This document shows positions 19,113 through 30,045 of a DNA stretch of 64,000 nucleotides, one piece after another; the stretch's first letter is position 1, and the number at the start of each line of letters is the position of its first letter. The translations under genes and the position numbers were made by a program. The notes beneath the pieces were generated by a model. The model was not told the DNA's origin. It ran no database searches and was given only the letters and a program-made list of their open reading frames with translations. Where the stretch lies: positions 561,880 through 625,879 of the forward strand of contig NZ_AP028155.1 of NCBI RefSeq assembly GCF_033096445.1. The letters run 5' to 3'. This stretch comes from Butyricimonas faecihominis. Its GTDB lineage: Bacteria; Bacteroidota; Bacteroidia; Bacteroidales; Marinifilaceae.

Positions 19113-20774
19113 TTGGCTGTTGTGTTTAAAAATGCGTTTATGAAAAAAATCAGTTTTGTTTCAATTGTAGTATTGTGTATTATTTTGCTTGGCGGATGTG
19201 CCAGTGAACCGAATCAAGAGGTGAATATTATTCCTCAGCCTCAACAGGTAACAGTTGCGGATGGCGGTTTTTATCTATCTCCCAAAACAGTGATTAACGT
19301 GGTGAAGGGTGCGGATGATTTGCAGCCGGCTTGTACTTTTATGAGTACATTGGTTGAAAAATCTTTCGGGAAGGCCTTAACCGTGGCGAATGGAGAAACG
19401 AAAAAGAATGCGATAAATATTTTTGTTGACCCATCCATGAAAGCGGATGCTTATGATTTGACGGTGGAGAAGAATGCGGTTAATATAAAGGGAGGAAGTT
19501 CAAAGGCGGTTTTCTATGCCATGCAGAGTTTACGGCAGATGATGCCCGTGGACGTGGAGAAAGGAGAGAAGATGGATCGGATCAGGATTCAAAACGTGCA
19601 GATTCAGGACGAGCCTCGGTTAGGGTATCGGGGGACGATGCTGGATGTGTGTCGCCATTTCTTCACGGTGGATGAGGTGAAAACTTTTATCGATATGTTG
19701 GCTTTACATAAGTTGAGCGTGTTCCACTGGCATTTGACGGATGATCAGGGATGGCGTATCGAGATCAAGAAATATCCGGAACTCACGCAAATCGGGAGTC
19801 AACGGAAACAGACCGTAATTGGTAAAAATACGGGAAAGTATGATGGAACTCCATACGGACCCTACTTTTTCACTCAGGAAGAGATTAAAGAAGTTATTCA
19901 ATATGCTGCCGATCGGTATATCACGATTATTCCGGAAATAGAGCTTCCCGGGCATGCGCTTGCTGCTTTGGCTACTTATCCGGAATTGGGTTGTACGGGT
20001 GGACCTTACGAGGTATGCCAGATGTGGGGAGTGTTCCCGGAAGTATTTTGTCCCGGTAACGAGAAGACGTTTGAGTTCTGGGAAGGTGTGTTGGATGAGG
20101 TTGCGGAATTGTTCCCCGGAGAGATCATCCATATTGGGGGAGATGAATGTCCGAGAGATGCTTGGAAAAAGTGTAAGAAATGTCAGGCCCGGATGAAACA
20201 GGAAAAGATGAAGGAAGAGGGAGAATTGCAAAATTATACCGTTCACCGGATCGAGGCGTATTTGAAAGAGAAGGGGAAGAGAATTCTCGGTTGGGATGAA
20301 ATATTGGAAGGAGATGTTTCTAAAACGGCGATTGTTATGTCATGGAGAGGTAAGACTGGCGGAATTAAAGGTGCAAAGAGAGGGAACGAGGTGGTGATGG
20401 TGCCGAATGACTACGCTTATTTTGATTACTATCAGTCAAAAGATATTGCTAATGAACCTTTTGCTATTGGTGGTTTTGTGGATGTAGCGAAAGTATATAG
20501 TTTGGACCCGACAGAGGGATTGACGGCCGAAGAGGGAAAGAAGATTATCGGGGTACAAGCTAATTTGTGGACGGAGTATATCACGACTTTTAGCCATGCT
20601 CAATATATGTTATTGCCGCGAATGGCCGCATTGGCAGAGGTGGCATGGACTCCGCAGGAGGCGAGAGAGTACTCGAATTTCTTGAACCGGGCGAAGTTGT
20701 TGACGCAACGTTACGAGGCTTTAGGTTATAATTTCGCAAAACATATTCTACAAGAGTCAAAGTCCAATGAATAA
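19113..20774 (+). CDS. Beta-N-acetylhexosaminidase, GH20 lipoprotein (the likely true start is the MKKISF methionine at 19140)
   Basis: GH20 catalytic region HWHLTDDQGWRIEIKKYPEL. Lipobox LLGGCAS. Confidence 0.9.
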   Translation: MAVVFKNAFMKKISFVSIVVLCIILLGGCASEPNQEVNIIPQPQQVTVADGGFYLSPKTVINVVKGADDLQPACTFMSTLVEKSFGKALTVANGETKKNAINIFVDPSMKADAYDLTVEKNAVNIKGGSSKAVFYAMQSLRQMMPVDVEKGEKMDRIRIQNVQIQDEPRLGYRGTMLDVCRHFFTVDEVKTFIDMLALHKLSVFHWHLTDDQGWRIEIKKYPELTQIGSQRKQTVIGKNTGKYDGTPYGPYFFTQEEIKEVIQYAADRYITIIPEIELPGHALAALATYPELGCTGGPYEVCQMWGVFPEVFCPGNEKTFEFWEGVLDEVAELFPGEIIHIGGDECPRDAWKKCKKCQARMKQEKMKEEGELQNYTVHRIEAYLKEKGKRILGWDEILEGDVSKTAIVMSWRGKTGGIKGAKRGNEVVMVPNDYAYFDYYQSKDIANEPFAIGGFVDVAKVYSLDPTEGLTAEEGKKIIGVQANLWTEYITTFSHAQYMLLPRMAALAEVAWTPQEAREYSNFLNRAKLLTQRYEALGYNFAKHILQESKSNE

Positions 20775-23343
20775 AATAGTTTGGATGCTGTTTTTCGGTT
20801 GTATCACCTGGGGAATGGTCGGGTGTTCAACCGAAAAAGAGATTCGTACGGAACTGAATTCCGGTTGGCAATTCCGTCAGAGGGATTCGGGGACGTGGTT
20901 ACCCGCAACAGTACCCGGTACGGTACACACGGATTTGTTGGCTAACGGGAAGATTGAAAATCCTTTTTACCGGATGAATGAATTGCAGTTGCAATGGATT
21001 GATAAGAAGGATTGGGAGTACCGGACGGAGTTCACGGTTTCGGAGGAAATAGGGAAAAAGGTCAATCAACGGATCACGTTCACGGGGTTGGATACATACG
21101 CCGATGTTTATTTGAACGGGGAGAAGTTGGGAAGTACGGATAATATGTTCCGGACGTGGAGGTTTGATGTTGAAGGAAAACTGAAAGTTGGTCGTAATGA
21201 GTTGCATATTGTGTTTGCTTCCCCGACTTTGAAGGGACGGGAAGAGATGGAACGTTACGGTTTGAGACTACCTGCGGATAATGATCAGAGTGTTCGGGGG
21301 GAGATGGGAAATGACCGGGTTAGCGTGTACACTCGTAAGGCTCCTTACCATTATGGTTGGGATTGGGGGCCTCGTTTGGTGACTTCCGGTATCTGGCGTC
21401 CGGTGATTCTGGAGGCTTGGAATGACGTGAAGGTGGTGGATGTGTTTATTCGCCAGCCTTCCGTAACAAAGGAAAAGGCTCAACTGGTGGCGGAGGTTTG
21501 TGTGAACTCGGACAAGCAACAGAGTGTCACGATAGCGATTATGAATGAGGGGAAGATGTTGTTGCAGGAGCAAAAAGAGTTAAGAAGAGGGGAAAACAAA
21601 ATATCTATTCCTTATGTAATTCAGAATCCTCGCTTGTGGTGGAGTAACGGGTTAGGGGAACAGAACTTGTACAATTTCACGATTCTGGTGACTAGCGAGG
21701 AAGGTGTTGTGTCGGAAAAGAAGGTGACGACGGGCTTGCGGTCGTTGAGGTTAGTTCGGGAAAAGGATCAATGGGGAGAGTCTTTCGGCTTCGAGTTGAA
21801 TGGAGTACCCGTGTTTGCCAAGGGGGCTAACGCTATCCCGAATGACGTGTTCTTGCCTCGTGTAACCCCGGATTTGTATGAAAAAATGGTGTTGGATGCG
21901 GCGAATGCCAACATGAATATGATCAGGATATGGGGTGGCGGTATATACGAGGATGATGCATTTTTTGAATTCTGTGATAAGTACGGGATCATGGTGTGGC
22001 AGGATTTCATGTTTGCCTGCGCGATGTATCCCGGAAATCAAGAGTTTTTGGATAACGTGCGTCAAGAGGCTATTGACAATGTTACTCGAATCCGGAATCA
22101 TCCTAGTATCGCTTTGTGGTGTGGGAATAATGAAAACGCTTTGGCTTGGCGATATGGTGCGCCCGGGGGATGGGGATGGAAGAACGCTTTCACGAAGGAG
22201 GAACAGGATACGGTTTTCAAGGCTTACTATACTGTTTTTCACGAGATACTTCCCCAAGTGGTGAAGGATTACACGGATGGGGATGATTACTGGCCTTCCT
22301 CGCCGATGGCGGGACCGGAACCGGATCAACATGGTTTGGACGGGACGACTTCGGGTGACCAGCATTACTGGGGCGTGTGGCATGGTTTCCGACCGTTGGA
22401 AAGTTTTGACGAGGTGACTACCCGTTTTTGTAGTGAATACGGTTTTCAGTCCTTCCCGGAGATGAGTACGATAGAAACGTATGCACTACCGGAGGATTAT
22501 GATATAGAATCGGAGGTGATGAAATCACACCAAAGGAGTTATATTGGTAACGGGCGTATTTTGGATTATATGAAAATGTATTACTGGGTTCCGGAAGAGT
22601 TTGAACAGTTTATTTACATGACCCACGTGTTACAGGGGTTGGCTACGAAAATGGGTATCGAGGCACATCGTCGGAATATGCCTTATTGTATGGGCTCTCT
22701 GATCTGGCAGATCAATGATTGTTGGCCTGTTGCCAGTTGGTCGACGACGGATTATTATCATAAATGGAAAGCGGCGCATTACATGATGCGGGATTGTTTT
22801 AAAGAGGTGATCGTTGCTCCGAAATGGGAGGGGGATTCCTTGGCAATTTATGCCGTGAGTGATAGGCAGGAAATGATTCAGGGGAGGCTGGTCGTTGAGG
22901 TGCTGGATTTTCAAGGAAATTCTATTTCCTCTGTAGAAAAAGGAGTAGATGTGACGGCAAATACTTCAACCGTTTTGTGGAAATTGAACCGGGAGGTATT
23001 GCTTGCAGGAGGTTCGGAGAATGAGGTGGTGCTTGTGGTACGTTTGCAGGAAGGCGATCAGGTTTTAGATGAAAAGAATATTTATTTCGTGTATCATAAA
23101 GATTTGGATTTACCGACACCTCATTTTTCTGTTCAGGCCGGGGAGGAAAATGATGAAAAATTTATTCAGGTATCCTCGGATAAACTGGCTTGTAATGTTA
23201 TGTTCTGTATTCCGGGAGAATCGGCTTTCTTTTCGGATAATTATATAGATATAATTCCGGGAAGGAATTATAAGATAAAAGTTGACACGGATTTATCTCC
23301 AACACAAATACAGGAGCGGATAAAGATACGCTATGTACATTAA
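20767..23343 (+). CDS. Glycoside hydrolase family 2 protein (beta-mannosidase-like), lipoprotein
   Basis: 858 aa. Lipobox MVGCST. GH2 sugar-binding, Ig-like and TIM-barrel regions (WRPVILEAW, NMIRIWGGGIYE, WCGNNEN). Confidence 0.8.
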   Translation: MNKIVWMLFFGCITWGMVGCSTEKEIRTELNSGWQFRQRDSGTWLPATVPGTVHTDLLANGKIENPFYRMNELQLQWIDKKDWEYRTEFTVSEEIGKKVNQRITFTGLDTYADVYLNGEKLGSTDNMFRTWRFDVEGKLKVGRNELHIVFASPTLKGREEMERYGLRLPADNDQSVRGEMGNDRVSVYTRKAPYHYGWDWGPRLVTSGIWRPVILEAWNDVKVVDVFIRQPSVTKEKAQLVAEVCVNSDKQQSVTIAIMNEGKMLLQEQKELRRGENKISIPYVIQNPRLWWSNGLGEQNLYNFTILVTSEEGVVSEKKVTTGLRSLRLVREKDQWGESFGFELNGVPVFAKGANAIPNDVFLPRVTPDLYEKMVLDAANANMNMIRIWGGGIYEDDAFFEFCDKYGIMVWQDFMFACAMYPGNQEFLDNVRQEAIDNVTRIRNHPSIALWCGNNENALAWRYGAPGGWGWKNAFTKEEQDTVFKAYYTVFHEILPQVVKDYTDGDDYWPSSPMAGPEPDQHGLDGTTSGDQHYWGVWHGFRPLESFDEVTTRFCSEYGFQSFPEMSTIETYALPEDYDIESEVMKSHQRSYIGNGRILDYMKMYYWVPEEFEQFIYMTHVLQGLATKMGIEAHRRNMPYCMGSLIWQINDCWPVASWSTTDYYHKWKAAHYMMRDCFKEVIVAPKWEGDSLAIYAVSDRQEMIQGRLVVEVLDFQGNSISSVEKGVDVTANTSTVLWKLNREVLLAGGSENEVVLVVRLQEGDQVLDEKNIYFVYHKDLDLPTPHFSVQAGEENDEKFIQVSSDKLACNVMFCIPGESAFFSDNYIDIIPGRNYKIKVDTDLSPTQIQERIKIRYVH

Positions 23344-23352
23344 AATATGAAA

Positions 23353-23392
23353 ACTCTTTGACCACGTGTCAAGGAGTTTTTTTTCTTTCATG
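23353..23392 (+). terminator. Rho-independent terminator after the GH2 gene
   Basis: Hairpin CTCTTTGACC-ACGT-GTCAAGGAG followed by a T8 run. Confidence 0.55.
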
Positions 23393-23444
23393 GTTTTAGT
23401 GAAGCAATAAATACGTATTTTTGTATATCATAAAACGATAAATT

Positions 23445-23993
23445 ATGGGCAAAAACATTTTGATTTTAGAGGGAAGTCCCCGGTCAAACGGGAACAGTGA
23501 TATGCTGGCAGAGGCTTTTGCCACGGGTGCTAGGGCTAAGGGATATGACGTGAGCGTGATAAAAGTTCCGGGCTACAAGGTAAACGGGTGTTTTGCCTGT
23601 GGTATGTGCTGGTCAATGGGAACACCTTGCGTGCAGTCGGATGATATGGAGAAGATTTTTCCGGAGATAGAACAAGCGGATATGATCGTGTTTGCTTCTC
23701 CTCTTTACTTTTTTAGCTGGCCGACTCAGATAAAAAGCGTTATAGATCGCTTGTATCCTTATGCTTTGGAGAAAAGTGAACGGAGTGTGGCAGGTAAGGA
23801 GTGTGCTTTGTTGCTTGCAGCGGCAACGGATGTACAGGAAGAGGCGAAAGGTATGTTGGAATCCTATCGAATTTTGGCAGAATACATGCATTGGCATTCT
23901 GTTGGTGAGGTTGTAGCTTACGGGGTTGATAAAAAAGGAGATGTTCGAAATACGGCGTATCTCGAACAAGCTCAGGAGTTAGGTTCTCGTTAA
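23445..23993 (+). CDS. Flavodoxin-like fold NAD(P)H-dependent FMN reductase family protein
   Basis: N-terminus MGKNILILEGSPRSNGNSD. ASPLYFFSWP is a typical NADPH-dependent FMN reductase motif. 182 aa. Confidence 0.7.
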   Translation: MGKNILILEGSPRSNGNSDMLAEAFATGARAKGYDVSVIKVPGYKVNGCFACGMCWSMGTPCVQSDDMEKIFPEIEQADMIVFASPLYFFSWPTQIKSVIDRLYPYALEKSERSVAGKECALLLAAATDVQEEAKGMLESYRILAEYMHWHSVGEVVAYGVDKKGDVRNTAYLEQAQELGSR

Positions 23994-23997
23994 ATTT

Positions 23998-26817
23998 TTA
24001 GAAGAATCCGGGAGGAGGTGTTCCTTCCGGACCTCTTCCTTCTTTCTTTTTACCAATAGAGTTAAAGCGATAGGAAACCGTTAGCATGTAGTAGTTTCGC
24101 TCATTTGTACTGTAACTGGTTTGTGTGTATAGGTCTTGAATACTGTAATTTAACAGGTTTCTTTGACGTAAAATATCCATTGCTTTGAATCTGACTTGGA
24201 GTTGTTTTCTTTTTAGGAATTTTTTCCCGATCTCCATGTTCAAGAGGCTATTGGATTGGTTCACGTTTCCACCTTTTTTACTTAGTGTGTAGCTATATGA
24301 ATAATCACCGGCAAGGATGAATTCTTTCCAGAATACCCATTTGGCACTTGCATTGACTGATTGAGAGAAAGAACTGGAACCTTCAGTGGTCGTACTCGTG
24401 GAATTGGTGTAAGAGGTACGGGAAGATATATTATAGTCCAAATTCTCTGATATGTTGCTATTGATGTTAAGACCGAATGATGCGTTATGAGAGTTCGTCA
24501 AGTTCTTTATATTATCGTAGATAGAAGGAGTCCTAGAATAACTGTAAGATAACGAAGGACTTAATCTTAATTTTAAAGATTTGATTTCAAAGGAATAACT
24601 GGAATTCATGGAAAGTCCCCATTGACCGTTTAGGTTTACAGGTCGGGTGAGGCGTGCTCCTTGTAATATCTGATAACCGTTGATAACCGTGTCTTTTGAA
24701 ATAAATTGTGTTGCAGTGGCAATATTGTTAAATGAATTCCGGAAGCTAAGGTTGACATTCAAGAAACTGAAATTTTCTTCACTGACAATATTCCGGTTAA
24801 AAGACATGGAGGCTGATTGCGAGAATGTTTTTTTCAAGTTCGGATTTCCTGTCGAAATATTTAATTGGTCTCTCACGTCAAGAATATCTTGTAGTTGCTC
24901 GGCTCTGGGGGAATCCGTGTTTCCGTTGTAGTAGAAAGTCATGGTTGACTTTTTAGAAAAGTGATAGCTGAAATTCACTTGAGGGGAGAGATTCAGGTAA
25001 TTATTTCTCACGTTAGAGTCTGGTGCATTCAGATATTCGTATTTGTTTTCTTCTCTTGATAGATTGATAGATCCACCTGCACTGAAATAAAATTTTTCTT
25101 GATTGTACCCGTAACGAATACCTAGGTTATTACTTGATCTAACTGTACTAATTTTATTCGTTAAAGCCGTATCGATACCAATGACTTCCGTGAATAGAGC
25201 ATCTTTGTAAGACATACTTTCTTTGTCGGAAGTATTCTTGTTGTAGCTAAAAGAGTAATTAAATGATAATCGGGCCTTCTCTGTCAGTGGTTCGGAATAG
25301 GAGATAGAACCCGTGTATGAATTTGAGATGCTTTCAGAGGTGTTGATAAGATTCCGTAATGTATCTTTTTTGTTTATGATACTACTATCTTGCTGGGTAT
25401 TGTTATTTTTGCTTTTACCGATGTTTATGTTTCCATTTAATGTTAGGGTTCGTCCGGTTTTTTGGAAAGCGTGCATCCATGAGAAGTTACCCCCGAAAGA
25501 ACGATTTTCACTATGACTTTGATTTTTACTATTCGTGATGTTTATCGTGTCATTGTCTTGAATGTTACTGTTCATGTTTAATGATCTGCTATCTGATTTA
25601 CTGAATGAAAAAGAAGGGGTGAAGTAGAATCTGTTTTTCTTGTTCATGGAGTAGTTGAAGCGAGTATTCACGTTGTGGCTTGAGCTTTCGGACCACGAGT
25701 GTGATTCAGAATTGTATATGTTACTTTGGTAACTTTCAGAAGGAAAATATTCTTGAATGCTGGAGTTGGCAGAATATGATTCACTATTGCTACCACTGTA
25801 ACTTCCTCCGATGTCAGTTCCTTTCTTAAATGTGTTAGCAAAGTCCACGGAGTAACTTTTTCCTCGGTTATTTCCCCCTTTGCCGTGATATTGTGCGTTG
25901 GGAAGCTCGGAACCTTGATTGGTGTTACGTAAGCTTCCTTGAATGGAGAATTTTTGCTTTTTGTTGAAGGCATTGGCTGAAGCTCCTAGATTATAGTTGT
26001 TGTCTTTAAATGAATCTTCTAGGTCTTCTGAGATGCCGTATCCGAGGTTGGCTTTACCGAACACTTTTAACTGGTTGGGATTCTTGGTTTCAATGTTTAA
26101 TGAACGGAATCTTTTCCCGTCGTCATATCCTGAGAAATCAGCTTCTTCACTTTTCCCGTCAAACATCTTTATCTTGTTGACGAGGCTGGCCGGAAGTGTT
26201 TGAAGTGCGGCCATCGGGTTGCTAAGGAAATATTCGGTTCCATCAATATAGATTTTCTTGACTTCTTCCCCGTTCGCCATTAATTTTCCGTCGACGATTT
26301 GGAAACCGGGTAATTTTTTCAACAAATCTTCCAATTCAGCATCCTCTGGAACCTTCAATGCATTTGCGTTGAATTCTGTCGTGTCACCTTTTTGGATGAT
26401 TAGAGGTGGTTTTGCGGTAATAACAACTTCTTCCAAAACTTCTGGAAGGAGTTTGATCATTCCGATATTTGTATCTGCTTTCACCAGATATTTTTTGCTT
26501 GTCGCTTGATACCCGACAAAAGAAGCGGTAATGACCAGTTCACCCGGAAGAAGGTCTTTTAGGGTGAATTCTCCCATGGCGTTGGTTACGGTAGTTGGTT
26601 TTTTGTCTTCTCCAATGTAAATGTGTGCGCCCGGCAGAGTTTCGTCATCAGTGTCTCCTGTGACGATCCCTTTTAGTGTATATTTGACTGCTTTTTTTTC
26701 AGGTATTGTGGCTGTATCTTTTCTAATCGTGTCTTTTTTTTGCGTTTGGGCAAATATTGTCACGGGCATGGTCAACATGAACAAAAGAAAGACTATTTTG
26801 TAGATATGAAGTTGCAT
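23998..26817 (-). CDS. Outer membrane beta-barrel family protein with an N-terminal carboxypeptidase-regulatory-like domain (TonB-dependent-receptor-like)
   Basis: 939 aa. Signal peptide ending FAQ. CarbopepD_reg-like stretch (LKGIVTGDTDDETLPGAHIY ... GEFTLKDLLPGEL). Long Ser/Asn/Tyr-rich amphipathic beta-strand region ending in F. Confidence 0.75.
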   Translation of the reverse strand: MQLHIYKIVFLLFMLTMPVTIFAQTQKKDTIRKDTATIPEKKAVKYTLKGIVTGDTDDETLPGAHIYIGEDKKPTTVTNAMGEFTLKDLLPGELVITASFVGYQATSKKYLVKADTNIGMIKLLPEVLEEVVITAKPPLIIQKGDTTEFNANALKVPEDAELEDLLKKLPGFQIVDGKLMANGEEVKKIYIDGTEYFLSNPMAALQTLPASLVNKIKMFDGKSEEADFSGYDDGKRFRSLNIETKNPNQLKVFGKANLGYGISEDLEDSFKDNNYNLGASANAFNKKQKFSIQGSLRNTNQGSELPNAQYHGKGGNNRGKSYSVDFANTFKKGTDIGGSYSGSNSESYSANSSIQEYFPSESYQSNIYNSESHSWSESSSHNVNTRFNYSMNKKNRFYFTPSFSFSKSDSRSLNMNSNIQDNDTINITNSKNQSHSENRSFGGNFSWMHAFQKTGRTLTLNGNINIGKSKNNNTQQDSSIINKKDTLRNLINTSESISNSYTGSISYSEPLTEKARLSFNYSFSYNKNTSDKESMSYKDALFTEVIGIDTALTNKISTVRSSNNLGIRYGYNQEKFYFSAGGSINLSREENKYEYLNAPDSNVRNNYLNLSPQVNFSYHFSKKSTMTFYYNGNTDSPRAEQLQDILDVRDQLNISTGNPNLKKTFSQSASMSFNRNIVSEENFSFLNVNLSFRNSFNNIATATQFISKDTVINGYQILQGARLTRPVNLNGQWGLSMNSSYSFEIKSLKLRLSPSLSYSYSRTPSIYDNIKNLTNSHNASFGLNINSNISENLDYNISSRTSYTNSTSTTTEGSSSFSQSVNASAKWVFWKEFILAGDYSYSYTLSKKGGNVNQSNSLLNMEIGKKFLKRKQLQVRFKAMDILRQRNLLNYSIQDLYTQTSYSTNERNYYMLTVSYRFNSIGKKKEGRGPEGTPPPGFF

Positions 26818-26934
26818 ATTATATGTTGTTGTTCTGATTTAAACAAAAATAGACATATAATATGGATGCACCATGATAATAAAAGGGTTTATGATTTCTT
26901 TAAATACTATTTTAACAAAATATTTAGAAGTCTG

Positions 26935-27495
26935 TTAGAAAGTGATACTAGCGTAGAGTCCGGGGTGCTTCTGGAGTACGGTAGGGGTGAGTGTGATACG
27001 TGTACGACCGTAGGGTTTGGTGAAAATATAGGAACTCCCGATGCCTATTGCAGTACCACAAAGAATATCCCACCAATCATGTTTATCGCAATAAGTCCGT
27101 CCCCAAGCAACATAAGTGGAGAGGAGATAAGCCGGAATACCGAATTTCCAACCATATCGGCGTTGTAGAAAAGAAGCTCCTTGAAAGGTGACGGTTGCAT
27201 GTCCGGAGGGGAATGCATGATGGTTACTTCCATCTGGCCGTTTTTTGTGGATCGTATGTTTTAAAATGTAGCTGGTTCCGACAGCCGTGACCACCGAGAA
27301 AATAAGTTGTTTGGTTCCTTGGTAGTCTTTTTTCAATAGAGTGGTAGCTAAACAGAAGACGGGAGTTGCGTAATATATAACGTCTCCGGAGGTCTCTACA
27401 GCTTTCTGTTGGGCCGAAACGTTCGTGATTAAAAGTAAAAATAGCAAAGGTGATAGGGCAAATTGAAAAATAATTGTCGGCAATCCTCTTTTCAT
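26935..27495 (-). CDS. PAP2-family phosphatase
   Basis: KRPDGS ... PSGHA ... GRTYCDKHDWWD is the KxxxxxxRP / PSGH / SRxxxxxHxxxD tripartite motif. Signal peptide present. Confidence 0.85.
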   Translation of the reverse strand: MKRGLPTIIFQFALSPLLFLLLITNVSAQQKAVETSGDVIYYATPVFCLATTLLKKDYQGTKQLIFSVVTAVGTSYILKHTIHKKRPDGSNHHAFPSGHATVTFQGASFLQRRYGWKFGIPAYLLSTYVAWGRTYCDKHDWWDILCGTAIGIGSSYIFTKPYGRTRITLTPTVLQKHPGLYASITF

Positions 27496-27612
27496 CTTAT
27501 TGATAATTAAAATGTAGCCGCAAATGTATAAAAAATGTACGGTTTTGAGTTGAAAAAAATTGATTTATCGTTTTCAAATTACAAAAATAGTCGTACATTT
27601 GCACCCGTTATC

Positions 27613-27685
<73 letters not shown>

Positions 27686-27743
27686 CGAATAGAGGCCTGT
27701 CTGATAGACAGGCTTTTGTATTTAAACCTAAACATTATATTTT

Positions 27744-28355
27744 ATGAAACGAGTTATTGTAATTTGTTGTGTATTGATGTGCTTTGGGGGAGTACAATTG
27801 GTACAAGCCCAATCATTGAAGGACATTTTAAATTCATCGAAGGTAAAGGATGTGGTGAATCTTGTAACAGGTAACGTGATTAAATTTTCGGATCTTCAAG
27901 GAACTTGGAATTACGTGGAGCCTGCTTGTAAAATGACGAGTGGGGATTTGTTGAAAGAGGCGAGTGGTTCGTTAGTGACTTCGGCGTTGGAGAAAAAAAT
28001 GGTGAATATTTACACGAAGTTGGGGATTGTGCCGGGGAATTTCAGCTACACGTTTAGTAGTGATAGTACGTTTACTAATACGATAGGAAAAAAAGTATTA
28101 AAGGGTACGTATTCTTTGGACGAGAAAACACGAGTGTTGACATTACGTTATATGTTGGCAAAAACGATCACGGTGAAAAGTGTGGAAGTACAATTGGTAA
28201 AATCGGGGGAACAAGTATCGTTGCTTTTCAATACGGAAAAACTTATGAACTTTGTCAGTGTATTATCCTCTGCCTTGAAGAAATCAGATAAAACAACTAC
28301 TTCGCTGATGGATGGGTATGATGAGATTCTTTTAGGATTTGAGATGAAGAAATAG
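27744..28355 (+). CDS. Hypothetical secreted protein
   Basis: 203 aa. Signal peptide MKRVIVICCVLMCFGGVQLVQAQ. No catalytic motif. Confidence 0.55.
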   Translation: MKRVIVICCVLMCFGGVQLVQAQSLKDILNSSKVKDVVNLVTGNVIKFSDLQGTWNYVEPACKMTSGDLLKEASGSLVTSALEKKMVNIYTKLGIVPGNFSYTFSSDSTFTNTIGKKVLKGTYSLDEKTRVLTLRYMLAKTITVKSVEVQLVKSGEQVSLLFNTEKLMNFVSVLSSALKKSDKTTTSLMDGYDEILLGFEMKK

Positions 28356-28478
28356 TTTGTCAGATGGCGAAAAAGAAGGGACTACCTAACGATTTTGTTG
28401 TTAGACAGCTCCTTCTTTCCTTGAATGAAAAACGGCTTAGTAAGCCACGCTCCCCCAGTGCAAGGAGAAAGTGCGATG

Positions 28479-30038
28479 CTACTTCTCTTTTTTCTTTTGA
28501 ATGCCGTATTTTAACGTGTCACTGATGACTTGATACTCGATGATGGAATCTTTTTCGACAATCTTGAATCGAGCTTCACCTTTTAGTTTCACGGTTTTAA
28601 GGCTGGACGTGTCTTTCGAGTGGATAATCGTGTAAGAACCGGTTGTTGACGTTTCTGATTTTAAATAGACCGTGGTGCCGTCTGCCAGTTTATAAGAGGT
28701 TACTTTTTTGGCCGGACTCCCGGATGTGTAAGTAATTGAAACAACGCCCTCTTTCCCTTTTTCTCCATACTGGGTAATAGCATATTTATCTTTTAGAATC
28801 GTGATCGTTTCAATTTTGTTAGGATCAATTATTTTCACGGAATCGGCAGAAACTTCTTTTCCATTGACAATAAATAGGACGGGAATCTCTGATGTTGTAC
28901 TAATACATGAATCTTGGAGTGTTATTTGACCTATTTTGAGAGGAACTGAAGTTGCTTTTACTTTTTCCGTTTTCAAAAAAAAGTGTGGCGTTTTGCTTTG
29001 AATAGAATCCTCGGGCAGGGTGGATCTAAAGGTTGATTCTGTGATTACTGTTTTTTGAGCCGTATCAACGGCCGTAAGGGAATTATTTACTTCTTTTGCA
29101 TCGAGAATTGAAGTAATATCACTAACTTTGATAGTTGAAATCTCGTTTAGTTCGTTCGAGATTTCGGGACGGGCGAAAGCGGTTAATGTGATTGCCGCAA
29201 CGGGAAGTACGTAGAGGTACTTCATCCGGGCCCAAGGACTGGATTTTTCTTTTAACATCATAGTTATTCGTTTTTTAAGTTTACTGTGATTAAAGCTGTT
29301 GGCCATAGAGTAGAGCCTTGTGCCGACAGCTTTTTTTATTAATAATAATTGATACTGTTTTGCGTTGATGCCTTGACGGATAACCGTTTCATCGGCCTCG
29401 TATTCATGAATATTCTGTAACTCCTGTTTCAAGAGCCAAGATGCGGGGTTGAACCACTGGAAAATGATACAAATATCGCTGATCAACAGGTCGATGGAAT
29501 GTCGATTGTGTACGTGAGCCATTTCATGGATGAGAATTTCCTTGCTATTTTCCTGCAAATCTTTCTCGGAAATGACCACGTATTTCATCCAACTGAAGGG
29601 AGCGATATTCTTGTCATGGATGATGAGGGTAATACCTTTTTCTAACTTTTCCTGCCTTCCGCCATGCAATAGCCGGAGCATATGAAACAGTGAATAAAGA
29701 TTGCGTCCGAGGAAGAAAAGAATTCCCAGCAAATAAATACACAGCAGGACGAGAAGCCACAACGGGATGGATGAAGGGAGGGCTTGTACTTCTGTTTGTG
29801 GAACGTGGTCTGCTAGGGTGAGAATCTGTTCAATGGTTAGTAACGTTTGTTGTACTTCCGATTCTTTGGGAACGGTTATTTCACAGAACGGGATAAGCAG
29901 GGATAACAGTAGAATACCCAGTAATGCTATCCGGTTGAAACGATGGAAGGTCTCTTTGCTGAGTAATAATCTGTAAAACAAGTAGAATCCCGTTAAACAG
30001 ATGGATGTTTTTAGTATATAGACAAAGAAGGTACCCAT
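28479..30038 (-). CDS. BlaR1/MecR1-type M56 family metallopeptidase signal transducer with a non-PBP C-terminal domain
   Basis: 4 N-terminal TM helices. HEXXH motif LIHEMAHVHNRHS. Co-oriented directly downstream of a BlaI-type repressor. Confidence 0.8.
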   Translation of the reverse strand: MGTFFVYILKTSICLTGFYLFYRLLLSKETFHRFNRIALLGILLLSLLIPFCEITVPKESEVQQTLLTIEQILTLADHVPQTEVQALPSSIPLWLLVLLCIYLLGILFFLGRNLYSLFHMLRLLHGGRQEKLEKGITLIIHDKNIAPFSWMKYVVISEKDLQENSKEILIHEMAHVHNRHSIDLLISDICIIFQWFNPASWLLKQELQNIHEYEADETVIRQGINAKQYQLLLIKKAVGTRLYSMANSFNHSKLKKRITMMLKEKSSPWARMKYLYVLPVAAITLTAFARPEISNELNEISTIKVSDITSILDAKEVNNSLTAVDTAQKTVITESTFRSTLPEDSIQSKTPHFFLKTEKVKATSVPLKIGQITLQDSCISTTSEIPVLFIVNGKEVSADSVKIIDPNKIETITILKDKYAITQYGEKGKEGVVSITYTSGSPAKKVTSYKLADGTTVYLKSETSTTGSYTIIHSKDTSSLKTVKLKGEARFKIVEKDSIIEYQVISDTLKYGIQKKKEK

Positions 30039-30045
30039 AAATAGT

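Noticed and set aside
21751-22383. A 210-aa minus-strand ORF inside the GH2 gene
   Set aside because: Antisense to a confidently called GH2 CDS.
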